DNA of 64,000 nt from a virus. Location: positions 11,043 to 75,042 of the IMG/VR virus record IMGVR_UViG_3300037608_000032; one strand, given 5' to 3'. A model generated the notes under the pieces. That model was not told where the DNA came from. It searched no databases and saw only the letters and a program-made list of their open reading frames with translations. Numbering within the stretch: position 1 is the stretch's first letter; every line of letters starts with the position of its first letter. Both the position numbers and the translations under genes were made by a program. Positions 18,380 through 27,300 of this stretch are shown piece after piece.

Positions 18380-19449
18380 TCCTTGAAGTGCAGGTGGAGA
18401 GAACGCCCCGCGTGCTCCGGGTTGAATCCATGTTCGACGTTCCGGCTTCGGAGAAGTCCCGACTTGAACTCGACATCGGGATGCCGATTGAAGATCGGCC
18501 GTGGTCGGTTGGGCTGATCGTCGGGCCGTCAGGTGCGGGAAAGTCCACTGTAGGTGCAAGGATCTTTCAGCGACCGGTCAGTCTGGAGTGGTCAGGCTCG
18601 AAGGCGTTGGTGGATTCCTTCGACCAGCGGTTCACGATCCAGGACATCGCTGAAGCGCTCGCGTCGGTTGGCCTGTCTTCGATCCCTTCCTGGTTGCGGC
18701 CTTTCCGGGTGCTTTCGACGGGTGAGCAGTTCCGAGCCATGATGGCGCGGACGATTCTGGAGACCGATGGCCTGGTAGTCGTGGACGAGTTCACGTCGGT
18801 TGTTGACCGGCAAGTCGCACAGGTGGCGAGTCATGCCGTGCAGAAGTACGTTCGTAAAACCGGGCGGCAGTTCGTGGCTATCGGGTGTCACTACGACGTG
18901 ATCGACTGGCTCCAACCAGACTGGATCTACGAGCCCCATGTGAATCGCTTCAACTGGAGGTCACTTCAACGACACCCAGAATTGCAGCTCGAAATCCATA
19001 AAGTTCACGGGTCCGACTACTGGCCCTTGTTTGGGCGTTATCACTATATGAGCGGCGAATTGCACAAGGCCGCCCGGTGTTTCGTGTTGACCCTGGACGG
19101 TCAACCTGTGGCGTTCAACGCCTACATGCACCAGGCCCATGCCCAGACGAAGAACATAAAGTTCGGGCATCGGTTGGTAGTGCTGCCCGATTATCAAGGG
19201 CTTGGCATTGGACCAAGGTTTGATGAGTGGCTGGGAGAATACCTGTATGCACGCGGGTTTCGATATCACAATCACACAGCTAATCCGGCCATGATTAGAT
19301 ATTATTCAAAGTCCGTCCGGTGGCGGGCATTGAATCAAACACTGGGAATAACCGGGACAAGTGCCAACAAATCGTTGAAAATAAAAGCAAAGCTAATTCG
19401 TAGGCTGTCTCTTCGTTCGTTCGCATATTCGCCGAAGGTAACACAATGA
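18361..19449 (+). CDS. ABC-type ATPase fused to GNAT acyltransferase
   Basis: GPSGAGKS, LSTGEQFR, VVDEFTSVVDR, GCHYD; GNAT motif RLVVLPDYQGLGIG. Confidence 0.9.
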   Translation: MPTDHVVLEVQVERTPRVLRVESMFDVPASEKSRLELDIGMPIEDRPWSVGLIVGPSGAGKSTVGARIFQRPVSLEWSGSKALVDSFDQRFTIQDIAEALASVGLSSIPSWLRPFRVLSTGEQFRAMMARTILETDGLVVVDEFTSVVDRQVAQVASHAVQKYVRKTGRQFVAIGCHYDVIDWLQPDWIYEPHVNRFNWRSLQRHPELQLEIHKVHGSDYWPLFGRYHYMSGELHKAARCFVLTLDGQPVAFNAYMHQAHAQTKNIKFGHRLVVLPDYQGLGIGPRFDEWLGEYLYARGFRYHNHTANPAMIRYYSKSVRWRALNQTLGITGTSANKSLKIKAKLIRRLSLRSFAYSPKVTQ

Positions 19450-19793
19450 AAACCTTTGTATCAGGCAAGGTCCACGATGTCAGAGTCACCGACAAGCATA
19501 TTCGATATGTCGGGTCCATCTCGCTATCCAGAAACCTGATTGCAGCGGCGGGCATGGAGCCCTACGAGCAGGTCCATGTCATCAACCTCAACAACGGCAA
19601 CCGGTGGGTGACGTATATCCTGCCCGTGGACGAAGACGGCGTGTTCACCTTGAACGGCGGCGGGGCTCGCCTCGGTGAAATCGGGGATGTCTGCGTGCTG
19701 ATTACCTATGCCGCGTCCGAGCACTTCGACGGAGCGAAGGTGGTGTTCTGCACGGCGAAGAACGAGATCGACCATGAAACCACCTATCCTTGA
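19446..19793 (+). CDS. panD: aspartate 1-decarboxylase (pyruvoyl-dependent)
   Basis: GKVH, YVG|SI self-cleavage site, NGNRWVTY, LNGGGARL, GD. Confidence 0.92.
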   Translation: MKTFVSGKVHDVRVTDKHIRYVGSISLSRNLIAAAGMEPYEQVHVINLNNGNRWVTYILPVDEDGVFTLNGGGARLGEIGDVCVLITYAASEHFDGAKVVFCTAKNEIDHETTYP

Positions 19794-20469
19794 GATTGGC
19801 CGCTATCTGGTACCCGCCTATGCCGGGATGGTGCTCGCGGAGCAGGGTTTCCAGGTAGAAAAGTGGTTGTACCTGCAAGACCCTATTCAGGGGCTTCTTC
19901 ACGGAGACGAGCTTTGGCGGTGGGTCAACGCGGGGAAGGTGCTCGTCAACCACGTAGCGGACGAAGTGCTAAACCTGTCGGTAGGAGCCTTCTCCGGCGT
20001 TGTCGAGAATCTCTCGGAGTCGTGGTGGTTGGCGCATGGCGTGGACCCTGATGAACAGGCGCGACGGCTTGACGTGCCCTGGGTCTCGTTTCGGCCACAA
20101 GTAGGTGAGCGGTCCTTCGACGTTATCGCTCAGGCGCAGGCGTGGGCCGGTGTAGCTCCCTGGGTGCCTTTCTACATTGGAGACACCTTGGGGGGCCTGT
20201 GGGTCGCCTACAAGCTCGTGTCCATGCTGGCGCTCGGGAAGACAGGCCGCGTGGTCATCCGTCATGCCGATTGCTTGGCGAAGATGGTGGAAGGGGAGTT
20301 GACCCTTCCGAGGCCGTCGGGTCCAGTGCCATGGGATATCGAGGTCTATCGACTCGGGGAGCAAGGGGCCGAAGTCGAGTATCGGGGTAACATCGTAAAG
20401 GAGCCTCTACGGGATGACGCTTGGCGTCGGGAGCACCTGACAACAGTCAGCGGGCGGATTGTCGTCTGA
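19774..20469 (+). CDS. compact family III (CaiB/BaiF) CoA-transferase
   Basis: ILEIGRYLVPAYAGMVLAEQG, DP, NAGK, VVENL, FDVIAQA, GDTLGG. Confidence 0.75.
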   Translation: MKPPILEIGRYLVPAYAGMVLAEQGFQVEKWLYLQDPIQGLLHGDELWRWVNAGKVLVNHVADEVLNLSVGAFSGVVENLSESWWLAHGVDPDEQARRLDVPWVSFRPQVGERSFDVIAQAQAWAGVAPWVPFYIGDTLGGLWVAYKLVSMLALGKTGRVVIRHADCLAKMVEGELTLPRPSGPVPWDIEVYRLGEQGAEVEYRGNIVKEPLRDDAWRREHLTTVSGRIVV

Positions 20470-21706
20470 CGCTTTCGTTCTGGGCGATCATGGTGCCCAG
20501 GGGGCCGGTCTCTTCCTCGATACGTGCTCGGAGTTCTGGTGAGATCCGCCAGAGCGACAACTTGCCCGCACATGCAACGGGCTTCTTGAGTGCCACGGCG
20601 TAGGTAACGGGAAGACATACGGGACCTTCTGCCCACTCGCGATCCGTCGTAACTTGTTCAACGGGGACGCCTTCGCCGAGAATAACAACACCGATGATAG
20701 CGGACGTGGGTAGTAAGCCTATGCCGTCGGTGAGCTTCGGGTCGGCGTCTACGTCGAAAGACGCGGACGCATGGATGAAGACCCAGCGCGAGCCCTTGAT
20801 GCCGAGTCCTGTGGATCGATTCTCCCAGGTCTTGCGACCCGAGACGAGCAACGAAGCCCAGGGCTGCTTGACAGACAGGGCACGAAGGTCTCCAGCCCAT
20901 CCGTCGTCCGCCTCGGTGGGCATGTCCAACCCAACGACGGCCTTGATGGACTCCTTCCACTTCACGAGGGGGTCGTCACGGAGGCGCAAGTACAGCGCCT
21001 TCACCCGGTCGTCAGACTGCGAGGCTTCCAGGCGACGGAGGCCCTCAAGGTGGGTGGCGTCGGCGAAGCCGTTGTGCTTCAGCCGTGCTGCACCCTGGTT
21101 CAGTTTCCCGATCCAGATCGAATCGGTCACGAAGGGGGACAAGATGCTTACAAGTGCGAGCACCTTTTCCTCTTGGACTTCGAGCAACGGCTCGCAGGAC
21201 ACCGATGTCCTGAATCCCTGGGAGTAGGCGTATTCGAGGGCCATCAAGCGCTCCTCGAAGCTGGGAGCGCCGGGCTCCCACCACTTGAGGATGACCGACG
21301 AAGACGACCCGATCGTGAAGCGGAACATGATTTTGGACTTGTACTGGGCAAGCTCGGTGCAGACCCGAGCTATCACGTCAAGGTGGGGCTTGGAGACTAC
21401 CAGGACTTCGTTCCCGGCCTCAAGGAGGTTCTTCAACCCCTGGATAGTCCAGTTGGCCAGCGCCGGGGAGATATCGTGGGTGGTGGGATACATGACCGTG
21501 CCCTGGTAGCGGCGCTTTGTTTTTGCCATTCCCGGGGTGCTTGGATGTTCGTTGGACCACTGACCGGGCTCACATCGCCGGAAGCGGTAGGCCATGGCTG
21601 ATCCATAGCAATAGCAACAAGAATTTGAGCAGCCCCGCACGGTATTTACCGAGTTTGAGGCCCATTCTCTGGTTCCGGAAACAGCGATAGGTCTGGTTTC
21701 TTCCAT
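20447..21706 (-). CDS. radical SAM protein (SPL/DUF5131-like) fused to C-terminal ASCH domain
   Basis: GCSNSCCYCY, WEPGAPS..ERL, SCEPLL; ALSVKQPWASLLVSGRKTWENR, FIHAS. Confidence 0.85.
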   Translation of the reverse strand: MEETRPIAVSGTREWASNSVNTVRGCSNSCCYCYGSAMAYRFRRCEPGQWSNEHPSTPGMAKTKRRYQGTVMYPTTHDISPALANWTIQGLKNLLEAGNEVLVVSKPHLDVIARVCTELAQYKSKIMFRFTIGSSSSVILKWWEPGAPSFEERLMALEYAYSQGFRTSVSCEPLLEVQEEKVLALVSILSPFVTDSIWIGKLNQGAARLKHNGFADATHLEGLRRLEASQSDDRVKALYLRLRDDPLVKWKESIKAVVGLDMPTEADDGWAGDLRALSVKQPWASLLVSGRKTWENRSTGLGIKGSRWVFIHASASFDVDADPKLTDGIGLLPTSAIIGVVILGEGVPVEQVTTDREWAEGPVCLPVTYAVALKKPVACAGKLSLWRISPELRARIEEETGPLGTMIAQNESVRRQSAR

Positions 21707-22248
21707 CCGCTTTTTCTTCCTTGTCCTACGTTATGACCGTTTATGTATTTTCGTGGTCTTTGATGCTCATCGTATTTTAGAAATGTAGATCCGCATCCAC
21801 AGGCGCACGGAACGATCTCGTTGATCTTGGACTTCTTTCCTTTTCTCCAATGGCCGCCGTCGATGTACTTTCGTAGTCTTCCGGACTCATCGAACTTAAA
21901 AAAAGTAGCTCCGCAGCCACAAGCACATGAGACGAGTTCGTTAGGTTCGTCTGGAAGTTGACGCACCTTGCCGCTGTGTCGATGGTGAACCTTGTGCGCC
22001 CATATGCTGCTGACAATCTCGATGTTCTCTGGCCGGTTATCCGTTCGGTCTTCGTTCTTGTGATGCACAAGTTCGGTGGGGAGAATCTTTCTACCAAGGA
22101 TCTGCTCTGCAACGATTCTGTGCTCGTAGGCGTACCCGTTGATGTGGGCGAGGTGATGGCCGTCTTCGACTTTGACCAGCACGTATCCGTTGCTTCCGAC
22201 AAGACGTCCGCCTTTCCAGTTCGGGTTCTTCTCTCTTTTGAGGCCCAT
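21646..22248 (-). CDS. HNH endonuclease with two CACGCG repeats
   Basis: NPNWKGG, YEHRIVAE, VHHKNEDRTDNRPENI; AT-richer DNA; AAGGAG RBS. Confidence 0.88.
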   Translation of the reverse strand: MGLKREKNPNWKGGRLVGSNGYVLVKVEDGHHLAHINGYAYEHRIVAEQILGRKILPTELVHHKNEDRTDNRPENIEIVSSIWAHKVHHRHSGKVRQLPDEPNELVSCACGCGATFFKFDESGRLRKYIDGGHWRKGKKSKINEIVPCACGCGSTFLKYDEHQRPRKYINGHNVGQGRKSGWKKPDLSLFPEPENGPQTR

Positions 22249-22324
22249 GGTTGACTCCTTGGTTGATGTGCATCTATGTGATAGCAGCATCTACCTATGG
22301 AATCAACAATAAAGTTGATGCGTG

Positions 22325-22522
22325 TTACTCGTTCCTCTTGAGTCTGACCTCAGCCAGAATCTCGTCCGCCTCGACACGGGCCAGGCGCTTGGCCTCGCGC
22401 ACCGTGTTGGCGACGTGGAAGATGGAGAGGGGCCAGAAGACCTGGCCGTCTTTAGACATGGTGCCGGCCATCGCCATGGGGCGGCCGGTGGTGGTGCGTT
22501 CGACTTTGTAGACGTACTTCAT
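22325..22522 (-). CDS. hypothetical protein
   Basis: AAGGAG RBS, 65 aa. Confidence 0.6.
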   Translation of the reverse strand: MKYVYKVERTTTGRPMAMAGTMSKDGQVFWPLSIFHVANTVREAKRLARVEADEILAEVRLKRNE

Positions 22523-22601
22523 GGGGAAGCTCCTTGGAGGTTCGTTCCTACCGCGTTACTCACCCGACATCGCCGGGTGAGCAGCTCGCTGGGGACGACT
22601 A

Positions 22602-23081
22602 CTAGTCTTTGTCTTCCTTGATGGCTTCGACTTCGTCGGCGTACTTGCCCTCGATGTACTCGACCGACCTCAGGCCCTGCTCGCCGGTGTCGCGGCGCTG
22701 GGCCCAGGTATCAATGATGCGCTCGCAACCGCAGTGCAGGCACACTTCGTGGATGTGGACCCCCCCCCCGGAGCCAAAGACCCCGGGGTTCTCTTCGCAC
22801 CCGCCGACGATGTCGACGGGGGACTGCCAGTCGTGGTCTTCGTCGTCGGTGCAGTCGGGCTCTTCGGGGTCGGTCGTGACGACTACCGTGTCGACGACAA
22901 CGTCTTCGTAGCCGTCTTCCGCTTCGATGATCTGGACGTCGGTCCAGGTGGTCTCGGTGCTGGTCTCCCATTTGGATGCGTCACCCTCTTCGAGGGCGGC
23001 CTCCCTGGCGGCTTCGATGGTGGGGTAATCATCGCCAACTACCTCGCCGTCGATTCGAAGGGAGTAAGTGCACTGTGTCAT
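22602..23081 (-). CDS. very acidic hypothetical protein with His/Cys metal motif
   Basis: C...HDW...CLHCG; directly downstream of a strong promoter. Confidence 0.7.
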   Translation of the reverse strand: MTQCTYSLRIDGEVVGDDYPTIEAAREAALEEGDASKWETSTETTWTDVQIIEAEDGYEDVVVDTVVVTTDPEEPDCTDDEDHDWQSPVDIVGGCEENPGVFGSGGGVHIHEVCLHCGCERIIDTWAQRRDTGEQGLRSVEYIEGKYADEVEAIKEDKD

Positions 23082-23140
23082 GTTGTCTTCCTTGCTGGGG
23101 TGGGGTGGAGGCATGAACAACAACCGCTGTTCATGCACTA

Positions 23141-23170
23141 ACTATAACTCGATTCACGTTAGACTGTCAA
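23141..23170 (-). promoter_or_regulatory. strong sigma70-type promoter containing operator
   Basis: TTGACA-N18-TATAGT; CTAAC-N9-GTTAT in spacer; gcatgaaca/tgttcatgc hairpin at 23111-23136. Confidence 0.75.
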
Positions 23171-24143
23171 CGGAATAACTCTTAGATACTTCTTTTTCCT
23201 TCGGGGATCGGACGGGCTTCTGGCTCGCCATCGCAGAGCACAGCGCCGTGGCCAGGGCGTGGGCGTTGAAGGCCCGGCGGGACTCGATACCAAGGAGCAG
23301 CTCGGCGGTGCGGACGTCACCAGACGCCATGGCGCGAACCAGGGACACGGACCAAGACCCTTCCGGCGATGTCGGGTCAACCGGTGTGGGCTCGTTCACC
23401 GGGGGCTCGGGAGCGTTCACGGGGGCCGGGTTCTCGTTCACCGGGATCGGCTCGTTCAGTGAACCAGCGAGGGCCTCGTTCACGAGGTCTTCGGCCTGGA
23501 CGCTCGCCAGGATGTCGAGGGCCTCCTCAAGCTCCGGGGGCATCGCCGGGGAGATGGTCTCCACGATGAGCGGGCGCACGATTTCGGGTGATGTCCTCAC
23601 CAGTTCTTCGGTGTCCTCCCACCCAGCCGTCCAGTCTCGAGCTTGGTCCACGTCGTACTCGCGGGGGACGTCTCGGGCAGGGACGCCTTGGGCGAAAGCT
23701 CCACGGCCTGTCATGTAGGCGGACGACCGAGCGCCGGTCTCGCGGGGGAGCTTTTCGGGCTCTCCGTGGGCCCTGCACGTCGGGACCTTGACGACCTTGG
23801 GCTCCGGGCCCTGGTCCTTGACCGTTTCGACCACGAAGCCGTCCTCTCGGTATTCGGCCGTCGTGACCTGGACGGGGCGGGGCTTCCTGGCGGGCCTGGG
23901 CGTGTCTGGTACTCCGAGCATCGCCGGGAGTCGGTGGGGCTTCCAGGTCTCGATGACCTCCTCGGGGACTTCGAGGACTGCGATACGAAGCCGGAGCTGG
24001 TCCACGCGAGCCTGTCGGGGGACCTTGGCGGATTCTTCCAGGGCCAGGGCTTGTTTGAGGGTGGGGACGTCAGAGACGCCCTTGATCAGCTCACGGGAGC
24101 CGATGGACAAGGGGAGGCGGAAGATTTCGCGCGCGGTGGGCAT
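23154..24143 (-). CDS. hypothetical protein with Rmf/CrpP-like motif
   Basis: AYMTGRGAFAQG...P......W.AGW; Pro-rich PVNE repeats; AGGAG RBS. Confidence 0.6.
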   Translation of the reverse strand: MPTAREIFRLPLSIGSRELIKGVSDVPTLKQALALEESAKVPRQARVDQLRLRIAVLEVPEEVIETWKPHRLPAMLGVPDTPRPARKPRPVQVTTAEYREDGFVVETVKDQGPEPKVVKVPTCRAHGEPEKLPRETGARSSAYMTGRGAFAQGVPARDVPREYDVDQARDWTAGWEDTEELVRTSPEIVRPLIVETISPAMPPELEEALDILASVQAEDLVNEALAGSLNEPIPVNENPAPVNAPEPPVNEPTPVDPTSPEGSWSVSLVRAMASGDVRTAELLLGIESRRAFNAHALATALCSAMASQKPVRSPKEKEVSKSYSVDSLT

Positions 24144-24145
24144 GG

Positions 24146-24928
24146 TTACTCCTGATACTCGGGTCGTCTCCAGAGACGGGAGACGTACTCGATGTCAGAG
24201 GACCTCGCTCCGGCAATAGTCGTTTCTCCGCAGCCCGTGGGATGTCCGAGGGCATCGTGAGCGCGGCTGTAGGTAGCCTCGTCTACCCACATCGAGTCGA
24301 GTCTGAGGACGGTCCTCTCGCGGAGGGTCAGTTTTCGCCAGCCCAGATCGCGGGCAAGGCGGTAGAGCGCGCGGGAGGCGGCCCGGTTGGCCTCGGAAAG
24401 CGTGGGGCAATTCTCGGGGAGCCACGTCCCGGAGTCGGCGAGAGCAGTGACCTCATCCATCGGAAGCATGGCGTAGTACCTCCGCCAGTGCCACATTACG
24501 ATCCGAGGGAGACAGTACCTGTCCAGATCGCTCCGGAGCCGAGCGTACTCGCCCTTCCATCCACGCATCCCTGGACGGGAGATGGAGATGGAGATCGATG
24601 CGTCGGTCTCAGTGACCGCCACCTCGGCGTGAGCGAGATAGCGGGTCTCGCTCTGCTGCATGGCCCGGACCGTGATGCGGTCCCGCTCCGTGCCGTCGAA
24701 ATGGCCGGCCTTTCGGACCACGCTGATCACAAGGTCGTGATCAGCCGGGAGATCTGAGCCCCGATCATCGATAAGCACGTCCACAAGCTTACCGGGTACG
24801 CCCCGGAGGACGTAGCGTCGGCAGCGGCAGCTCTTCGAGAGCCAGACGCGGTCCTCGGTCGGCTCCAAGGGGAGCACGGGGAGTGCGCCCACTGTGGACG
24901 TGAGGATGTTCTTTGGGCGGATAGTCAT
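24146..24928 (-). CDS. hypothetical protein
   Basis: AAGGAG RBS; first gene of leftward unit. Confidence 0.65.
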   Translation of the reverse strand: MTIRPKNILTSTVGALPVLPLEPTEDRVWLSKSCRCRRYVLRGVPGKLVDVLIDDRGSDLPADHDLVISVVRKAGHFDGTERDRITVRAMQQSETRYLAHAEVAVTETDASISISISRPGMRGWKGEYARLRSDLDRYCLPRIVMWHWRRYYAMLPMDEVTALADSGTWLPENCPTLSEANRAASRALYRLARDLGWRKLTLRERTVLRLDSMWVDEATYSRAHDALGHPTGCGETTIAGARSSDIEYVSRLWRRPEYQE

Positions 24929-25078
24929 TGAAACTCCTTCTGGGTTCGGGCATCAACAGGCAACTGCCTGTCATCAACATAGTAACATGAACCGGGTTAG
25001 TCGCGTGCAGGAACCAGCACCTATTTCAACATCGCCGGAGTGGTCAGGGCTACTACGAGGCACACCCTTGGAGGCACG

Positions 25079-25417
25079 ATGTCAGAGAATCCCGAAAAGC
25101 AGCTACTCTTCAACGCCCTGTCCTGGCGGGCCATGGTCAAGCCGGGGCTACAGCTACCCGGACGGCCCTTGGTCCTGCGAGACGTCCAGTACGGCGGGGG
25201 AGACGACCGCACGGACCGGCGGATGGTGCTCGACACCGCTCAGCTCCGCATGCTCCTCGACATGGCCGAGAATTCAACCACGGGGCGCGTGGTGCTCCAC
25301 AGGGTAGGGATCCGCGTGATGCTCCTTCGAGACCAGTCTGGGCACCAGTACGAGTGGTGCTCGTTGGTGGCCAGCAAACTCGAAGCCGAAGCCTCCGGGT
25401 TTTTGGTGGACCGATGA
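25079..25417 (+). CDS. hypothetical protein
   Basis: GGAGG RBS; ATGA coupling downstream. Confidence 0.65.
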   Translation: MSENPEKQLLFNALSWRAMVKPGLQLPGRPLVLRDVQYGGGDDRTDRRMVLDTAQLRMLLDMAENSTTGRVVLHRVGIRVMLLRDQSGHQYEWCSLVASKLEAEASGFLVDR

Positions 25418-25878
25418 CTCCGGAACAGGTGCAGCAACTTCTCGTAGTCGGTGGGTGCCTTCAGTTCACAGCGTCGGACCATCGGGCCGGGCCGTTGACG
25501 TGGGCGGGCATCCGCATGAGGGACGGCTTGGCGGTCTGCGCCGAGCCCCTCCCTGAAGACCTGACCGAGGATGAAGACGTGCTCGGGTGGCTCAAGCAGG
25601 AAGAGCGGTCCTGGTTCTTCGCACAAGACGCTTCCCCGGCCTGGTGCTTCGTGGACTGGCACGCTGGCCATGGGGAGCCGGTGCCTCTGGAGGACACAGA
25701 GTCGCTGGCTCTGCTTGAGGGAGACGAAGACCTGATGTTGCTTGCGGCTGCTGTCTGCCAGCTCGCGGAGCTTGTCTACCCGGACGGGTGGGCAGGGTAC
25801 GAGTCTTCCGGGGCGTTGACCTTGGACGTGATCGCCGTCTACCCGATGGCTACCACGGGTCAGGACATGGAGGCGTGA
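25414..25878 (+). CDS. hypothetical protein
   Basis: ATGA coupling. Confidence 0.6.
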   Translation: MTPEQVQQLLVVGGCLQFTASDHRAGPLTWAGIRMRDGLAVCAEPLPEDLTEDEDVLGWLKQEERSWFFAQDASPAWCFVDWHAGHGEPVPLEDTESLALLEGDEDLMLLAAAVCQLAELVYPDGWAGYESSGALTLDVIAVYPMATTGQDMEA

Positions 25879-25880
25879 CG

Positions 25881-26405
25881 ATGGGGCAGGTTCAGCTCTT
25901 TGCCGACGATGCACTCGCTCAAGACGGGGCGACGTTCACCGACGACCGGCGCTACAGATATCGACTCTGGCGGAAGTGGGGCATGGGCCAGACCGTAGCC
26001 TTCCTCGGTCTCAACCCGAGCACGGCAGACGAGTCCAAGGACGACCCTACCATCCGGCGATGCAGGAACTTCGCTCACGCTTGGGGCTTCGACGGGATGT
26101 GGATGCTGAATTTGTACGGATGGCGCTCCACGGACCCACGGGCCCTCTGGGACGGTACGGTCTTGGACCTCATCGGGCCAGGCCATGACGAGTCCCTCGT
26201 AGACGTGAGCCGACAGGTGGCCTTCGTGGTCTGCGCTTGGGGAGCGTTCCCGAAAGCCCAGGCCCGTGGACAGCACGTCCTTGGACTGCTTCACAGCGCC
26301 GGGGTGGAGACGCGGGCGCTTGGTTTGACGGCCAGCGGGTTCCCGGCGCATCCGCTCTACTTGCTGGCGACTTCGAAGCCTTCACCGTGGCCGGTGCTTC
26401 CATGA
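25881..26405 (+). CDS. DUF1643-family protein
   Basis: RYRYRLWRKW, LNPSTAD...DDPTIRRC, NLY, AWG, PAHPLY. Confidence 0.85.
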   Translation: MGQVQLFADDALAQDGATFTDDRRYRYRLWRKWGMGQTVAFLGLNPSTADESKDDPTIRRCRNFAHAWGFDGMWMLNLYGWRSTDPRALWDGTVLDLIGPGHDESLVDVSRQVAFVVCAWGAFPKAQARGQHVLGLLHSAGVETRALGLTASGFPAHPLYLLATSKPSPWPVLP

Positions 26406-26719
26406 CCTTCTGGGGCACCCGTGAACCCGGGTCCATCGCCGTCAGACCTCGCCGAGAAGACGAGGACTTCGACAGCACTTCGGTACTACTCTGCGAGTTC
26501 ATCGCCTCGGATTGGTTCGAGGCACCGAACGACCCGCGCTTGCCAGCGACCGGGCGGCTACGGGTGGAAGAGAGGGGATACATGACGTGCCCGAAGTGCG
26601 GTACGACGGTCCCGTATCTTCAAGCCCAAGGGGTCGGTGTAATAGATTGTCGCAGGTGCAAGAAGTTTATGTTCTATCTGGCCGAAGGGTCGGGGTTGGA
26701 AGAGGTGAGCCATGGGTAA
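26402..26719 (+). CDS. Zn-ribbon protein
   Basis: CPKCG...CRRC; ATGA coupling. Confidence 0.55.
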   Translation: MTFWGTREPGSIAVRPRREDEDFDSTSVLLCEFIASDWFEAPNDPRLPATGRLRVEERGYMTCPKCGTTVPYLQAQGVGVIDCRRCKKFMFYLAEGSGLEEVSHG

Positions 26720-27026
26720 GAAGCGATGCGCATGCCGAGTTGAACTGGCCCGACTTCAAGCTATTCTCGATGCCGAGACCGGCACGGAGGGAATGGACGG
26801 GTGGCTCTTCTCCCAGACATCGCAGTCATGGTGCGCCGACGGTGGACGCGGGCCAGGGTATGTCGAGCGCATCGAAGCCGGGAAGTGGAGATGGACGGTC
26901 TGGCGGGACAGGGAGCGCGACGGGGCACCTGACGACGCATGGACCTTCGTACCGACGGCGCTTGAGGGCATGGAGGCGGCCATGGCGACGGGTAGGGCGG
27001 CAGCCGAACGGGTAGCTAATGCCTGA
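26712..27026 (+). CDS. hypothetical protein
   Basis: GAGG RBS; overlaps neighbours. Confidence 0.55.
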   Translation: MGKKRCACRVELARLQAILDAETGTEGMDGWLFSQTSQSWCADGGRGPGYVERIEAGKWRWTVWRDRERDGAPDDAWTFVPTALEGMEAAMATGRAAAERVANA

Positions 27027-27300
27027 CCCCGAAGTCCTGCGAGCCGCGCTGTCCGTCGCCGTGCCCCTCCAGATCTCGGAGCTGGAGCGCTGCGGCGGCC
27101 CGGGTCCTTCGGAGCTCGCCGAGGCCCGCGAGGTGGGCCAGCTTCTGGCCGAGAAGGGCGACGTGCTGATGTTCAAGAGCCCGAAAGGCGAAACCGCCAA
27201 GGTCTTCGGGCGAGTCGCAAGGGCCATCGCGGTGCTCGCCTTCTGCCCGGGCGGAGTCCAGGTCTTCGGAGACCGCTACGAAGGGCATGCCGATGCCTGA
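27019..27300 (+). CDS. hypothetical phage protein
   Basis: GDVLMF...LAFCPGGVQVFG; coupled. Confidence 0.6.
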   Translation: MPDPEVLRAALSVAVPLQISELERCGGPGPSELAEAREVGQLLAEKGDVLMFKSPKGETAKVFGRVARAIAVLAFCPGGVQVFGDRYEGHADA

